This document shows, one piece after another, positions 59,393-60,773 of a stretch of DNA of 60,773 bases. The notes below the pieces were generated by a model. The model was not told the origin of the DNA and did not search any database. It saw only the letters and a program-made list of their open reading frames with translations. The DNA lies in contig PMOA01000060.1 in the NCBI GenBank assembly GCA_003161635.1, positions 1-60,773 of the forward strand. The letters run 5' to 3'. The DNA comes from Limisphaerales bacterium. Lineage in GTDB: Bacteria; Verrucomicrobiota; Verrucomicrobiia; Limisphaerales; UBA11358. The position numbers and the translations under genes were made by a program. Every line of letters begins with the position of its first letter. Position 1 is the first letter of the stretch.

Positions 59393-60773
<1,381 letters not shown>

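Overview
About 61 kb of GC-rich bacterial chromosome, most likely Verrucomicrobiota (Pedosphaerales/Limisphaerales-like). This is inferred from the PEP-CTERM protein, the H-X9-DG prepilin-like gene and the repeat families. Positions 1-~9655 are the right part of a decayed composite genomic island. It holds three att-like scars (tRNA-Cys 3' end, a comM-like codon stretch, and a tRNA T-loop mimic inside a broken arsC), an integrase remnant, and an AT-rich two-gene module encoding a Zn-ribbon protein plus a 2TM protein fused to a eukaryote-like MIR (SDF2/IP3R-type) beta-trefoil, a candidate new defence system. The rest is mostly core genome (fmt, adk, nnr, phoBR, ispF, pepF, eno, hom, lysC, leuA, lepB, bioB, gcvP, partial gyrB) with unusual fine structure. 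(i) A fluoride riboswitch heads a six-gene membrane/stress operon with no recognisable Fluc or CLC-F exporter. (ii) Many REP/MITE-like palindrome families are present, several inserted in frame into enzymes (3 in gcvP, 2 in fmt, 1 in pepF, 1 in an M14 peptidase). (iii) Diverged orphan copies of gene 3' ends (pepF once, gcvP twice) point to repeated 3'-end replacement. (iv) There is an orphan integron-type cassette, Pho boxes, and a probably leaderless Leu-rich attenuator before leuA. All calls come from reading the sequence by eye; no database searches were run.
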